From a virus (taxonomy: Duplodnaviria > Caudoviricetes), in IMG/VR virus record IMGVR_UViG_3300031992_000039, positions 32,001-96,000 of that record: DNA of 64,000 nucleotides; one strand, 5' to 3'. Below the pieces are notes generated by a model that saw only the letters and a program-made list of their open reading frames with translations, did not search any database and was not told the DNA's origin. This document shows, piece after piece, positions 45,701 to 55,909 of this stretch (the stretch's first letter is position 1; every line of letters starts with the position of its first letter). A program made the position numbers and the translations under genes.

Positions 45701-47750
45701 ATATGGAATTAGTATTTCACATATTAGCGCCATCAATCAAGGTACTTATTACTATAATAATAAAGATTCTTATCCATTATATAAATATTACAAAGATGAA
45801 GATGAAATTACTTTGATTAAAGACCAATTAAAAAATACTTCAATTCCTATGACTGAATTGGCGAAGCAAACTGGAATGGCGTACTCAACGATAAAAAAGA
45901 TCAATAGTGGTGCACTCCATCATAGTGAACAAGAAATTTATCCGTTAAGAAATAAAAATAGTGCAATTCAGCGTGCAGAAAAAATACAACAAATGTTGTT
46001 AGATGGAAGCAGCAATCAAGAAATAATTGCACAGACTGGTGTATCTGAAATAACCATTCGTCGTATTAACAAAGGCGAAACGCACTATAATTCAAATTTA
46101 ATTTATCCATTAAGAAGCCTGTAACGACTATCTTGGGTCAAGCCAAGAGTAGAGTGTCTATTGATACGACATTCGAAACGGATATTGGCATATCGAAAGA
46201 TATGAGTTAAAATATAGTCTAAGCCATTAGAAATAATGGAATAACTTGATAGTTTTTGTAGAGCGCATACTCTTGCTTATAGTCTCATCGCCCTTCAAGA
46301 GATGAATCTTGCCTATAAGTATCCTATAATGTTTTGGAATTGTGCTTGTCTAATTAGTGATGCAGGCGGTAACGAAGTAAATGAAATAGATGAAGAAGCA
46401 GAAGAAGAATTTAAAGCTGAAGAAGTATATTCAAATGAAATGGAAGAGTTTAATGAAGAAGAAGACGAGGCAGAAGATTCATATGAAGAGGACGAGGATT
46501 GTGACGGGTATCCCGCAGAGGTCATAAAAACTAAAGACGGGAAGAAAAAGAAAAAGACGAAGGTTACAAACTATGGAAAAATCGCAACCGCTATTGGAAA
46601 AATAACTTCTGAAGGAGTCTCAATTTCTCCGCCAGACATTAACCATTCAACCTATACTTTCTCTCCAGATATAGAAAGTAATTCAATTCGATATGGTCTT
46701 TCAGGCATAACCCGAATTGGAGAAGATTTAGTTAAAACGATTATTTTAAATCGCCCATATAATGGGATTGAGGATTTTCTTTCAAAGGTAAAAGTAAACA
46801 AACCTCAAATGATTAATCTTATAAAGTCCGGAGCTTTCGATGCTTTTGGTAATCGAATTGATATAATGCATCAATATGTAAATATGATAAGCGATACTAA
46901 AAAGCGTATCACTCTTCAAAACATGAAGATGTTGATTGATTTTGGGCTTATACCAGATGAATATGATATGGAGCGCAAGGTATATAATTTTAATAAATAT
47001 TTGAAGAAGTCTAAGTATGATAAGTGGTATTTACTTGATGAAAATTCTTTCCCGTTCTGGGAAAAGAACTTTGATATAGATTTACTTGAGCCTCATGAAG
47101 AAACCTTTAAGGTCAAGCAAGTAGTTTGGGATAAAATTTATCAAAAGTACATGGATGCAATTCGTCCATTCGTACAAAAAAATAATAAAGAGCTCTTAGA
47201 TGCAGTAAATAATCGACTTACACATGATGTGTGGTATAAATATTGTCTTGGAACTATAAGTAAATGGGAAATGGACTCAATATCTTGCTACATCCATCCT
47301 CATGAACTTATGGGCATAGACTATGAAAAATATGGACTTGATAGATTTGCTGACTTGGCGCCGGAGCCTACGATTGATAGGTTTATTCCGATAAAAGGGA
47401 AAATGATACCGATTTATAAGCTTTCGCGCATTGTAGGCACAGTGTTAGATCGAGATAAAGCAAAAAAGACAGTTTCGCTTTTAACTGAGGATGGAGTTGT
47501 AACAGTAAAAATTTACGGAGTATTTCAGGCTTATGATCGCCAGCTTTCAGAACAAGGTGCGGATGGTAAAAAGCATGTTATAGAAAAGAGTATGTTTGAA
47601 CGCGGTAATAAAATTATAGTTACTGGTATTCGAGAAGAAGAAAGTTTTAGAGCAAAAACTTATAAAAATACTCCATATCATCATGTAGAAAAAATTAATA
47701 TAGATGAAAATAATAATATTAGTTTTTATTCAAGGGAAAATTTAAAATAA
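42706..47750 (+). CDS. dnaE: DNA polymerase III alpha, spliced (exons 42706-45178 and 46249-47750; 1324 aa)
   Basis: PHP HGHTEYS/TDH, RGSGGG, DIDTD, HAGG, KIDLL; splicing restores QRG-Y-SFCRAH. Confidence 0.93.
45179..46248 (+). mobile_element. Group I intron in dnaE
   Basis: 5' exon ends in U with P1 AGGGT/GCCCT; P10 ACGAAAACT/AGTTTTTGT; P7 GACTA/TAGTC; terminal G. Confidence 0.92.
45315..46124 (+). CDS. Intron-encoded GIY-YIG homing endonuclease with HTH repeats
   Basis: YIYCYTN..YVGQT, GYNLTLGG, three I..IN.G..YPL repeats. Confidence 0.9.
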   Translation: MNYIYCYTNKLNGKKYVGQTNNIERRKREHHSAAFNKNSKDYEYLFHQKLRQYGEENFIFSILEEATEEQVDSAEQFWIKELHSYVQENGYNLTLGGCQPPQTGIYNQNIDEIKTLIKSGASYTEISKKYGISISHISAINQGTYYYNNKDSYPLYKYYKDEDEITLIKDQLKNTSIPMTELAKQTGMAYSTIKKINSGALHHSEQEIYPLRNKNSAIQRAEKIQQMLLDGSSNQEIIAQTGVSEITIRRINKGETHYNSNLIYPLRSL

Positions 47751-47819
47751 TATACTTTTAAGCAAAAAAGTATAAAATTAATTCTGATTTCCTACTTATA
47801 AATATAAGGAGGATGACCA

Positions 47820-48644
47820 ATGGATAAATGCGGTATTTATAAAATTACAAACTTAGTTAACGGTAAGATGTATGTGGGTCAAAGTCGTTTTATAGAAAAA
47901 CGATGGAGTAAGCATCGCTCAGAAGCAAATAATGGGAATAAACTACCATTATATAGCGCTATTCGCAAGTACGGAATTGAAAATTTTAAATTTGAAATTA
48001 TTGAAGAATGTAGTGTTAACGATCTAAATGAACGAGAAGCATATTATATGTATAATTTAAACACTTTCCAACCGAATGGTTATAATATAAGGATACCAGC
48101 AGAAGAAGGATATTATGTACATGTTCCAGACTATGTTTATGAGATTTATGACGATTTAAAAAATGCTAATCTTACATATGAAGAAATAGGTTTAAAATAT
48201 GGTCTTAGCGCAAGCCATATTTTTAGCATAAATTATGGACGCTCATGGCGAATAATGGATATTCAATATCCAATTAATAAAAAATATGGCGGGTGGGATA
48301 CGACTCAAGTCATTCCATTGTTAAAAAAAGGATTGAAGACAAAAGAAATAGCAAAAGAACTAAATACTACTAAAAGCACAATAGAATCTTACATGTATAT
48401 GAATAATATTCACACTTCTGATTTTAGAAAACGATTAACTTCTAATAAAAAAATAGAACGAGTTAAAAACGATGAAAGAATAGAATATGATTCAGTTAAA
48501 GAAGCAGGTATTGTTCTCAGTAAAGAATTGGGTCTAACAGAGAACACAGCAATATGTGGAATACATAGGGCATTGAAGGGAAGTGGAGTCTATAAACAAT
48601 ATCATTGGTATTATATAGATAATAGAAATGATATGGAGGAATAA
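47820..48644 (+). CDS. Free-standing GIY-YIG endonuclease
   Basis: GIYKITN..YVGQS, PNGYN, HTH and NUMOD-like C-terminus. Confidence 0.88.
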   Translation: MDKCGIYKITNLVNGKMYVGQSRFIEKRWSKHRSEANNGNKLPLYSAIRKYGIENFKFEIIEECSVNDLNEREAYYMYNLNTFQPNGYNIRIPAEEGYYVHVPDYVYEIYDDLKNANLTYEEIGLKYGLSASHIFSINYGRSWRIMDIQYPINKKYGGWDTTQVIPLLKKGLKTKEIAKELNTTKSTIESYMYMNNIHTSDFRKRLTSNKKIERVKNDERIEYDSVKEAGIVLSKELGLTENTAICGIHRALKGSGVYKQYHWYYIDNRNDMEE

Positions 48645-48646
48645 GA

Positions 48647-49792
48647 GTGGCCACAGTTGCGATCTATGATTACGATTATTTTAATTATGAAAATGTAATT
48701 CCAAATCTTGAGTGCGCCAAGCTTGTTGCTTACTATCGAAAAAGAAATGATATAACGCTGCTGGCTCCTGCTTTGGAGCCGGCGCGCTATACAAAATTTA
48801 TAATTCGTAAAGAGTATAATGATGGTATATTTCCAAGAGAGTTCTTCTACCCAAATTGTGAATACGGCGGCAGGGCCTTTAATCCAACGCAATATAAACC
48901 TTTAGACCCTAAAATTGAAGCAACTATACCAGATATGCATATCTATGACAGATATATATCTAATTTTGGGAAGAAGCCTGCAGAACTTACTCAGATAAAA
49001 CGAATCTTAAATTGCGCGCACCTTCGTCTAGCGCCAGATTCACAAAATCTTTTATCACTAGAAAAACTAAAGCGCAATTTTTTAACTAAACCAACCGGTA
49101 TAATTCTTCATGATTATAACCTCGCGCCATTAAAACCCTATGACCTAATAAAGGAGCTTCAAGATCAACGCATATTTGCAACTAAGGAGGGTATAAATCC
49201 TTACCCTGTAGGAAATAAATATCCAATAAAAATTTATTCTTCTGAAGAACTTCAAAATTGGTTAAAAATAGTTACAATACCTGGCGCATTCTTTTTAGAG
49301 TATTGTGGACTTATGAGTGATGAAATACTATATAATCTTTGTGAAGAAAATAAGCGCATGGCGCGCCAAGTATATTATAATATTACCCATGACTGTACAT
49401 CAGAGAATGATTTTTTCATAAATCGTCTACCAAAAATTTTTATCCAGACTTTATTTCTACGGAAGGCAGGAATAAAAATTTTACTTAAATATGACGAAGA
49501 AATTTTGAAAACTAAAGAATTAAAATTACTCATAGATTTGTTAAATTGTTGGTTAAGCTTTCAATGGCAGGAAAATTTCCTTCCACGGCGCCAGAACCTC
49601 TATAATTTTTGTAAGAATAAAGAAAAACTTCAATATAGGAGTTGGGCCTTCTTGACAGTGAGGATTACCGTGGAACAAATGAGAGATATCTTTCAATTTA
49701 TACGCGAAAATAATTATGACTTGTTTAAAAAATTCTATGAGTGGGATTCAGTAATATATAAAGAAGGAGAATTTATAAATGAGTGGGAATGA
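48647..49792 (+). CDS. Hypothetical protein; degenerate radical-SAM-like N-terminus
   Basis: YD...PNL..AKL.AY, GG, L...IE...PD..IY; no CxxxCxxC. Confidence 0.5.
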   Translation: MATVAIYDYDYFNYENVIPNLECAKLVAYYRKRNDITLLAPALEPARYTKFIIRKEYNDGIFPREFFYPNCEYGGRAFNPTQYKPLDPKIEATIPDMHIYDRYISNFGKKPAELTQIKRILNCAHLRLAPDSQNLLSLEKLKRNFLTKPTGIILHDYNLAPLKPYDLIKELQDQRIFATKEGINPYPVGNKYPIKIYSSEELQNWLKIVTIPGAFFLEYCGLMSDEILYNLCEENKRMARQVYYNITHDCTSENDFFINRLPKIFIQTLFLRKAGIKILLKYDEEILKTKELKLLIDLLNCWLSFQWQENFLPRRQNLYNFCKNKEKLQYRSWAFLTVRITVEQMRDIFQFIRENNYDLFKKFYEWDSVIYKEGEFINEWE

Positions 49793-49976
49793 AATTAGAG
49801 AAAAAATTATAGAAAACAATAAGATAATTGAAGAAGCAAATCCAACCATTTTTACTTTAAACCAAAAGGTACAGAAAGCTTTAAATGATAATCGTCATCT
49901 TCGTTCTATTTGCCCTCACGAATATGACGAAACTGGTTATTGTATTTATTGTGATGCCGCCGCGGAGTTAAAGTGA
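49779..49976 (+). CDS. Small Zn-finger protein
   Basis: CPH...CIYC. Confidence 0.6.
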   Translation: MSGNEIREKIIENNKIIEEANPTIFTLNQKVQKALNDNRHLRSICPHEYDETGYCIYCDAAAELK

Positions 49977-50188
49977 TGGAAATTATATTATATACAACCC
50001 ATTGTCCACGCTGTACAGTTTTAGAAAAGAAACTTCAGCAAAAAGGAATTAAATATACTGAAAATAATAATATCGAGGATATGATTTGTCGAGATATTAA
50101 AGAAGTTCCTGTATTACAGGTTGATGGTAAACTTTATGACTTCGCAGAAGCGATCAAATGGATTAACGAGCGGGAGGAAATAAGTTAA
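49973..50188 (+). CDS. Glutaredoxin/NrdH-like redoxin
   Basis: YTTHCPRC, VPVL.VDG. Confidence 0.85.
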   Translation: MMEIILYTTHCPRCTVLEKKLQQKGIKYTENNNIEDMICRDIKEVPVLQVDGKLYDFAEAIKWINEREEIS

Positions 50189-50189
50189 G

Positions 50190-52109
50190 TTGAATATAAA
50201 TATAAGATTAAATAAAAATTTTACAACCCAATTTAATAAAATGCTCGGTGAGTATGGTGAAGAGTTTGCACGATTAAACGGGTTTGCGGATGAACAGCTT
50301 AGTTTTACTGACTTTATAAATAATTTTATAGATTCAGAAACTGTAGCCGATGTCTCGGTAGATGGAAACGCCAACGTTGGGAACAAGGATATGCGTACTC
50401 TTATGAACGAGATGCCTAAATCACATAGAAAACTTTTGGCCTATAATAAAATTTATTATGAGCTTAATAAAAAATATGGGTTCAAAGTCGCAAACGAATG
50501 GCTTGAGTTAGAGTGGAACCGTGCCCTATATCTCCATGATGCAGATACAGCAACATTTAAACCTTATTGCTATGCATATACCCTCAAGCGCCTGGCTGAA
50601 GAAGGGCTTTTTTTCCTTAAAAGTTTTAATTACGAACCAGCCAAGCATTTAACCACTTTTATTGATTTTGTAAAAGAATTTGTAAGTTATAACTCAAATT
50701 TGACTTCTGGTGCGTGCGGTTTGCCCGATCTAGTTCCTTATATGTATTATTTTTGGGATAGAGATATAAAAAATAATTATTATACCGGTTCTCCAGAAAT
50801 ATACGCTAAGCAAAATGTTCAAAGGTTTATTTATGCCGTTAACCAGCCAGCGGTAAGAGATTCAATTCAATCGGCCTTCACAAATGTAAATTTTTTTGAT
50901 CGCCCTTATCTTGAGGCCTTATTTGGTGGTGCAGAATTCCCAGATGGCGCCTTTATGATTGATGAGATTGAAGGGATTATGGAATTTCAAAAGCTTTTTC
51001 TTGAAGTAATGAGCGACATTCGTTCTAAAAATATGTTTACCTTTCCAGTAAGCTCTATTTCAATGATATATAAAAACCATAAATTCGAAGATGAAGAATT
51101 TGCACGATGGGCCATTAAGCACAACATGAAGTGGTCGGATTCTAATTTATTTACAAGCGATAGTGTCACCTCTCTTTCAAATTGTTGTAGATTAAAATCT
51201 AATATCGAAGATTTAGGATTTTTTAGTAGCATTGGTGGCACAGCATTACGAGTAGGCTCAGTCAAAGTATCCACAATTAATCTCGCGCGAATTGCTTATG
51301 AATCTAAATCAGAGCAGGACTATCTAGTTAAATTGCGACATGTGGTTGATTTAGATCTCAAGGTATTGGATGTAATTCGTCATATAATTCAACGGAATCA
51401 TGAAAAAGGTTTACTTCCTAATTACTGTGATGGTTTAATTGATATCAATACACAATATAATACAATTGGAATTATTGGTGTGTATGAAACAATGAAATAC
51501 TTTGGATATACTGAAACAGATGAATTTAATAACACTTATTATACAGAAAAGGCCAACAAATTTGGCAAAAAAATTTTTGATGTAATTACACGAGAGAAAG
51601 AACAATTTATTTTAGATAAAAATTACAAAGTGTCAATAGAACAGATTCCGGGGGAGCAGGCAGCAGCGAAAATGCAAAAAGCGGATATGATGCTATACCC
51701 AGAAGAAGCCGTTATAGATTTGCCTCTTTATGGAAATCAATTTATCCCCCTTGGAATTAAAACTACAATTCAAGAGCGTATTAGAATAGCCAGTTTATTT
51801 GACTCATATTGCAATGGGGGTTCTATTGCACACATAAATATTGAAGCTCCTTTTACCAATTTTGAACAAGCTTGGAATATGGTGAACTACATAGCAGATC
51901 AAGGGCTTACATACTTTGCTTTTAACACAAAAATACAAGCTTGCAAACATAATCACGCCTTTTTTGGGACAAAATGCCCAGTCTGTGGCGAAGGTGTAGA
52001 AACAGAATATTCAAGGATCGTAGGGTTCTATACCCCAATAAAAACTTGGTCGTCCGCGAGGAAAGAAGAATATAAATTAAGGGAGTGGATAGATGTTGAA
52101 AAGTCCTAA
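50190..52109 (+). CDS. nrdD: Anaerobic (class III) ribonucleotide reductase without ATP cone
   Basis: YLHD, PYC, SNCCRL, GGSIAH, CKHNH..CPVCG, RIVGF glycyl motif. Confidence 0.93.
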   Translation: MNINIRLNKNFTTQFNKMLGEYGEEFARLNGFADEQLSFTDFINNFIDSETVADVSVDGNANVGNKDMRTLMNEMPKSHRKLLAYNKIYYELNKKYGFKVANEWLELEWNRALYLHDADTATFKPYCYAYTLKRLAEEGLFFLKSFNYEPAKHLTTFIDFVKEFVSYNSNLTSGACGLPDLVPYMYYFWDRDIKNNYYTGSPEIYAKQNVQRFIYAVNQPAVRDSIQSAFTNVNFFDRPYLEALFGGAEFPDGAFMIDEIEGIMEFQKLFLEVMSDIRSKNMFTFPVSSISMIYKNHKFEDEEFARWAIKHNMKWSDSNLFTSDSVTSLSNCCRLKSNIEDLGFFSSIGGTALRVGSVKVSTINLARIAYESKSEQDYLVKLRHVVDLDLKVLDVIRHIIQRNHEKGLLPNYCDGLIDINTQYNTIGIIGVYETMKYFGYTETDEFNNTYYTEKANKFGKKIFDVITREKEQFILDKNYKVSIEQIPGEQAAAKMQKADMMLYPEEAVIDLPLYGNQFIPLGIKTTIQERIRIASLFDSYCNGGSIAHINIEAPFTNFEQAWNMVNYIADQGLTYFAFNTKIQACKHNHAFFGTKCPVCGEGVETEYSRIVGFYTPIKTWSSARKEEYKLREWIDVEKS

Positions 52110-52311
52110 AATTACGGTTCCTCTTGGAATTTTAAGAAAACTTACACATAAACTTGATGAATACCATGATGATTTTGAGGTTAGTTTTGAGATGGTAATG
52201 GTCGCTTTATTCCCTAATGTTTGGAAAAATATTCAGAAATATGGAAGCGATTGTCATATAAGAGGGTATTTAGAAGCAAAGGAAGAATATGAAAATAAAA
52301 GGTATAATTGA
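52093..52311 (+). CDS. Hypothetical protein
   Basis: 72 aa, overlapping both neighbours. Confidence 0.55.
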   Translation: MLKSPKITVPLGILRKLTHKLDEYHDDFEVSFEMVMVALFPNVWKNIQKYGSDCHIRGYLEAKEEYENKRYN

Positions 52312-52810
52312 TGAATGTTTTGAGGATTATAAGCTTCCTGCATTGTATATTGCCTTCCCAAATTGTAGCTTTAAATGCGACAAAGAAAACGGAGCTTTCT
52401 TTTGTCAGAATAACCACTTGACAAGAGAACCAGACATTGAAGTTAAAAAAGAGGATTTATTAGAGCGATATATTAAAAATAGGATCACCAAGGCTATTGT
52501 ATTAGGCGGTCTTGAACCTTTTGATAGTGAATTCGACTTACTTCCCTTTATTGATTGCGCGAGGCGCCAATTTTATATAAAAGATCCTATTATTATATAC
52601 ACTGGATATACAGAAGAAGAACTAGAAACTGGAAAGTTCGGAAAAGTACAAGATACAAATATTCAAAAATCTTATTGGAACAACATAAAGAATAGTGGGA
52701 ATATTATAGTTAAATTTGGACGGTTTAGGCCATATCAAGAGCCTCATTTTGATGAAATTTTAGGAGTTAATTTGGCGAGTAATAACCAATATGCAAAGGA
52801 GTACTTATGA
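52289..52810 (+). CDS. nrdG: RNR activating radical SAM enzyme
   Basis: CSFKC(x8)CQN, GGLEP, YTGY, FGRF, LASNNQ. Confidence 0.85.
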   Translation: MKIKGIIDECFEDYKLPALYIAFPNCSFKCDKENGAFFCQNNHLTREPDIEVKKEDLLERYIKNRITKAIVLGGLEPFDSEFDLLPFIDCARRQFYIKDPIIIYTGYTEEELETGKFGKVQDTNIQKSYWNNIKNSGNIIVKFGRFRPYQEPHFDEILGVNLASNNQYAKEYL

Positions 52811-53277
52811 AAATAGTTAAAAACAAAGATGAAGAAGTCGTTAAATATATACGGGAAAAGCTTGAAGAAAATGAAGGATATTGTCCTTGCGCGTTACTTA
52901 AAAAGCCAGAAAATAAATGTATGTGTCAAGATTTCAAAGATAAAATTGAAGCAGGTTATATAGGAGAGTGTAATTGCGGCTTATATAAATCTGAACCAAG
53001 TGTTATTTATCTTTGTGGTGATAGAAGATATAAAAAAGACTTCCTCTACTGGCATGAAAAATTTTCTAAAGATGGGATAATCACTATAATGCTTCCATTT
53101 AATAGTGATGAAATGCTAACAAAAACTTTAAAAAACCTTCATTATCAAATGATGACCGTTGCAGATTGCATCTTTATAATTGATAAATTCGGAAGTGTTA
53201 CAGAAGAGCTAGATAAAGATCTTGAAAAATTTAAAGGTATTAAACGAATTCTTTATGCCTCTGAAGCCGAAGATTAA
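52807..53277 (+). CDS. Ferredoxin:thioredoxin reductase catalytic-like domain fused to a C-terminal alpha/beta domain
   Basis: GYCPC...CMCQDF...GECNCGLY. Confidence 0.75.
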   Translation: MKIVKNKDEEVVKYIREKLEENEGYCPCALLKKPENKCMCQDFKDKIEAGYIGECNCGLYKSEPSVIYLCGDRRYKKDFLYWHEKFSKDGIITIMLPFNSDEMLTKTLKNLHYQMMTVADCIFIIDKFGSVTEELDKDLEKFKGIKRILYASEAED

Positions 53278-53332
53278 AAATTTGAGTTTTCTTCTATTTT
53301 TTGATATAATATAGTAAGAAAGGTAGAAGAAA

Positions 53333-53755
53333 ATGACTAATCGGCAAAAAAGATTTTTTAATATTGCGCGTGAGGTAAGCTTACTAAGCGATTTTAAAAA
53401 GGCAAAGATAGGTGCTGTGGTTGTAGAGGGGAATAGAGTTATATCAACTGGCCATAACTCAAACAAAACCTCTACAACCCAATACAGGTATAATGTCTAT
53501 CGAGGTATTACAGATGATTGCGCGTGCATCCATAAGGTCCATGCGGAAATCGCCGCCTTAGCGCCGTTACTTAATCGAAAAGATATAGATTGGGCGCATA
53601 CATCAATTTACATTTATCGAGAGCATAAAGATGGTACTATAAGTTGTGCAAAGCCCTGTAAGGCTTGTATGCAATTAATAAAAGACCTTGGCATAAAAAA
53701 AATTTTTTATTCTGATTGGGGCGGAAATTTTATAAAAGAGGAGTACTTAAAATGA
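53333..53755 (+). CDS. Cytidine/dCMP deaminase-family protein
   Basis: GAVVV..GHN, HAE, PCKAC; own promoter at 53282-53310. Confidence 0.85.
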   Translation: MTNRQKRFFNIAREVSLLSDFKKAKIGAVVVEGNRVISTGHNSNKTSTTQYRYNVYRGITDDCACIHKVHAEIAALAPLLNRKDIDWAHTSIYIYREHKDGTISCAKPCKACMQLIKDLGIKKIFYSDWGGNFIKEEYLK

Positions 53756-54042
53756 AAGTAAAGTATTTTTACCCAAACGAAGAAGGGGATATTACTTTTA
53801 CTAAAGAAGAACTGGAAAAATTATTGAATGATGTATATGATGAAGGTAGGGCTGATGGGCTGAGCGCCGCAAATCCTTGGTATGTTCCTTATATTGTCCA
53901 GCCATATCAGCCTATATATTATAATACAAATACTAGCCCTAAGATTAATTGGGGCGTATATTGCACAGATGATAATAGTATTGGTAGAATTATTATAGAT
54001 ACAGATAGAAATACCATTAATACAGGAGATATTACATGCTAA
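53752..54042 (+). CDS. Hypothetical protein
   Basis: GAGGAG RBS; coupled overlap. Confidence 0.6.
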   Translation: MKVKYFYPNEEGDITFTKEELEKLLNDVYDEGRADGLSAANPWYVPYIVQPYQPIYYNTNTSPKINWGVYCTDDNSIGRIIIDTDRNTINTGDITC

Positions 54043-54254
54043 TAGAAACAACCTTAAAATATCGAGCAGACTCAGAAGTGGCAGCGAAAGATATGATTGA
54101 AAACTATCGCGCGCAGGCAAAGGAGAAAGGGTATATAATTAAAAAGGCAAGTTATACCCGAAAAGATAAAAAGTCAAAGGGAGAAATTATTGATACAAAA
54201 TTTCTTGTTGAGATAACTCAAACTTTTGGCGGATTTTGGGAGGATTTAGATTAA
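54036..54254 (+). CDS. Hypothetical protein
   Basis: KDKKSKGEIID motif. Confidence 0.65.
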   Translation: MLIETTLKYRADSEVAAKDMIENYRAQAKEKGYIIKKASYTRKDKKSKGEIIDTKFLVEITQTFGGFWEDLD

Positions 54255-55150
54255 TGGCAAATATAACTAAAGAGCAAATTGAAAACTTAAAAGCTTCGCT
54301 TCAAGGAATCGTAGAATCAGAAGAAAACGGCGAAATGCTTGATAGCATTATTAGTTTATTAAGTTTGCCGGAAGACCAATTTATGATTCTCGCGCCAGGC
54401 ATTATGCAGTCCTTTCAACAGTCTCTTAATAATCCTAATGATAAAATTGCTTTAGTGCAAGCGATAAATGCCCATGGTATGAAGGCAGAGGATATAACTG
54501 GTCTTTTTGAAGAAATTGAAGCTTCTATAGACGATGCGGCCCTATCCGTACAAAAGAGAGACTTTCTAAAAGAGATGATGGTAAGTATCATTAACGCTCT
54601 TAATGATACAGAAGGCATTTCTAAGCGTATGGTAGGTGTAGCTATTGAACTTTGCGATGAAAATGCAAAGATCCCTCAATATGCCCACACAACTGATAGC
54701 GGTATGGATTTGTATGCTATTGAAGATATTACTATCCATCCTGGCGAAACTAAATTAGTTCATACTGGTGTAAAGATCGCCCTTCCAGTAGGTTATGAGC
54801 TTCAAGTCCGCCCCAAAAGTGGACGAACTCTTGGGTCTAAGATGAGAGTCGGTAATAGCCCTGGAACCATAGATCAGGGCTACCGTGACGAGATTCGTGT
54901 TATAATTGATAATATTGAGCCCCCCATTAAAAATGTTACTGCTGAGCCAGTATTTAATGAAGACGGAACAATTAAGTATATGAATATTACTTCAATTGAG
55001 TATGGAAGTGATATGCATATTGGTAAGGGCGAAAAGTTCGCGCAGCTAGTTCTCGCGGAAGTCCCTAAGGTTGCTTTTTATCGGGTTGATAGCGTAAAAG
55101 ATATTGGTGAAGATAGAAATGGGGGATTCGGTTCTACTGGTCTAGTCTAA
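54254..55150 (+). CDS. dut: Trimeric dUTPase with N-terminal helical extension
   Basis: SGMDL, RPKSG, GTIDQGYRDE, AQLV, RNGGFGSTG. Confidence 0.9.
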   Translation: MANITKEQIENLKASLQGIVESEENGEMLDSIISLLSLPEDQFMILAPGIMQSFQQSLNNPNDKIALVQAINAHGMKAEDITGLFEEIEASIDDAALSVQKRDFLKEMMVSIINALNDTEGISKRMVGVAIELCDENAKIPQYAHTTDSGMDLYAIEDITIHPGETKLVHTGVKIALPVGYELQVRPKSGRTLGSKMRVGNSPGTIDQGYRDEIRVIIDNIEPPIKNVTAEPVFNEDGTIKYMNITSIEYGSDMHIGKGEKFAQLVLAEVPKVAFYRVDSVKDIGEDRNGGFGSTGLV

Positions 55151-55876
55151 ATGTCACGAATAAATATAAGTTTAATAAAGGAAGAGTTAAAACCCGATAA
55201 TTGGGAAGTTATTTCTACTGAATACAAAAACTTATCAACCGAAATGGAATTTAAGTGTCCAGAAGGACACGCAGTATTCACCACTTGGGAAAAAATGCGA
55301 AAACGGCGCGAATGTCCTATTTGCAAACAAAATTCTTTAAAAGAAAATAAACCAATTATAATTGAAAAAAAGAAAGGCATCTCACGCGTGATCGCCCTTG
55401 ACCAATCAACGCATCGAACTGGATACGCAATTTTAGATAACGCCCGGCTTATAAGATATGGGGTTTTTGAGGCTCATGCAGATAATGAGGTCGCGCGCCT
55501 TCACGCAGTAAAGACTTGGCTTATCTCAATGATTGAGAATTTAAAGCCTGACTTAGTGGGGATTGAAGGCATCCAATATCAACAAAATGTTAGTATGGGA
55601 ATTACAACCTTTCAAACTCTCGCGCGACTTCAGGGAGTTTTATTAGATACTCTTTATGAACAAAAAATCCCTTATAAGATCTGTGCTACAAATACCTGGC
55701 GCAATTATTGCGGGGTAAAAGGAAAAAGTCGTGCGGATAAAAAACGGTCGATGCAGCTTTTAGTTAAGAATTGGTTTGATATTACCGTTTCTGATGATGA
55801 GGCAGATGCGATAGGAATCGGTAAATATTGCGCGGACACCTTTAAATCGCAAGTAGAGATAGTCTCTTGGGAATAA
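55151..55876 (+). CDS. Zn-ribbon + RuvC-like Holliday junction resolvase
   Basis: CPEGH..CPIC; ALDQST..GY, IEG, DDEADAI. Confidence 0.8.
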   Translation: MSRINISLIKEELKPDNWEVISTEYKNLSTEMEFKCPEGHAVFTTWEKMRKRRECPICKQNSLKENKPIIIEKKKGISRVIALDQSTHRTGYAILDNARLIRYGVFEAHADNEVARLHAVKTWLISMIENLKPDLVGIEGIQYQQNVSMGITTFQTLARLQGVLLDTLYEQKIPYKICATNTWRNYCGVKGKSRADKKRSMQLLVKNWFDITVSDDEADAIGIGKYCADTFKSQVEIVSWE

Positions 55877-55907
55877 AAAAGACAGAGCAAACAACGCTCT
55901 GTCTTTT
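55877..55907. terminator. Bidirectional terminator
   Basis: AAAAGACAGAGC/GCTCTGTCTTTT between convergent genes. Confidence 0.8.
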
Positions 55908-55909
55908 CT

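Noticed and set aside
42706-47750. dnaE as a pseudogene, naturally split gene or intein-containing gene
   Set aside because: Group I intron boundaries restore the frame and the GYSF motif exactly; no intein termini were seen.
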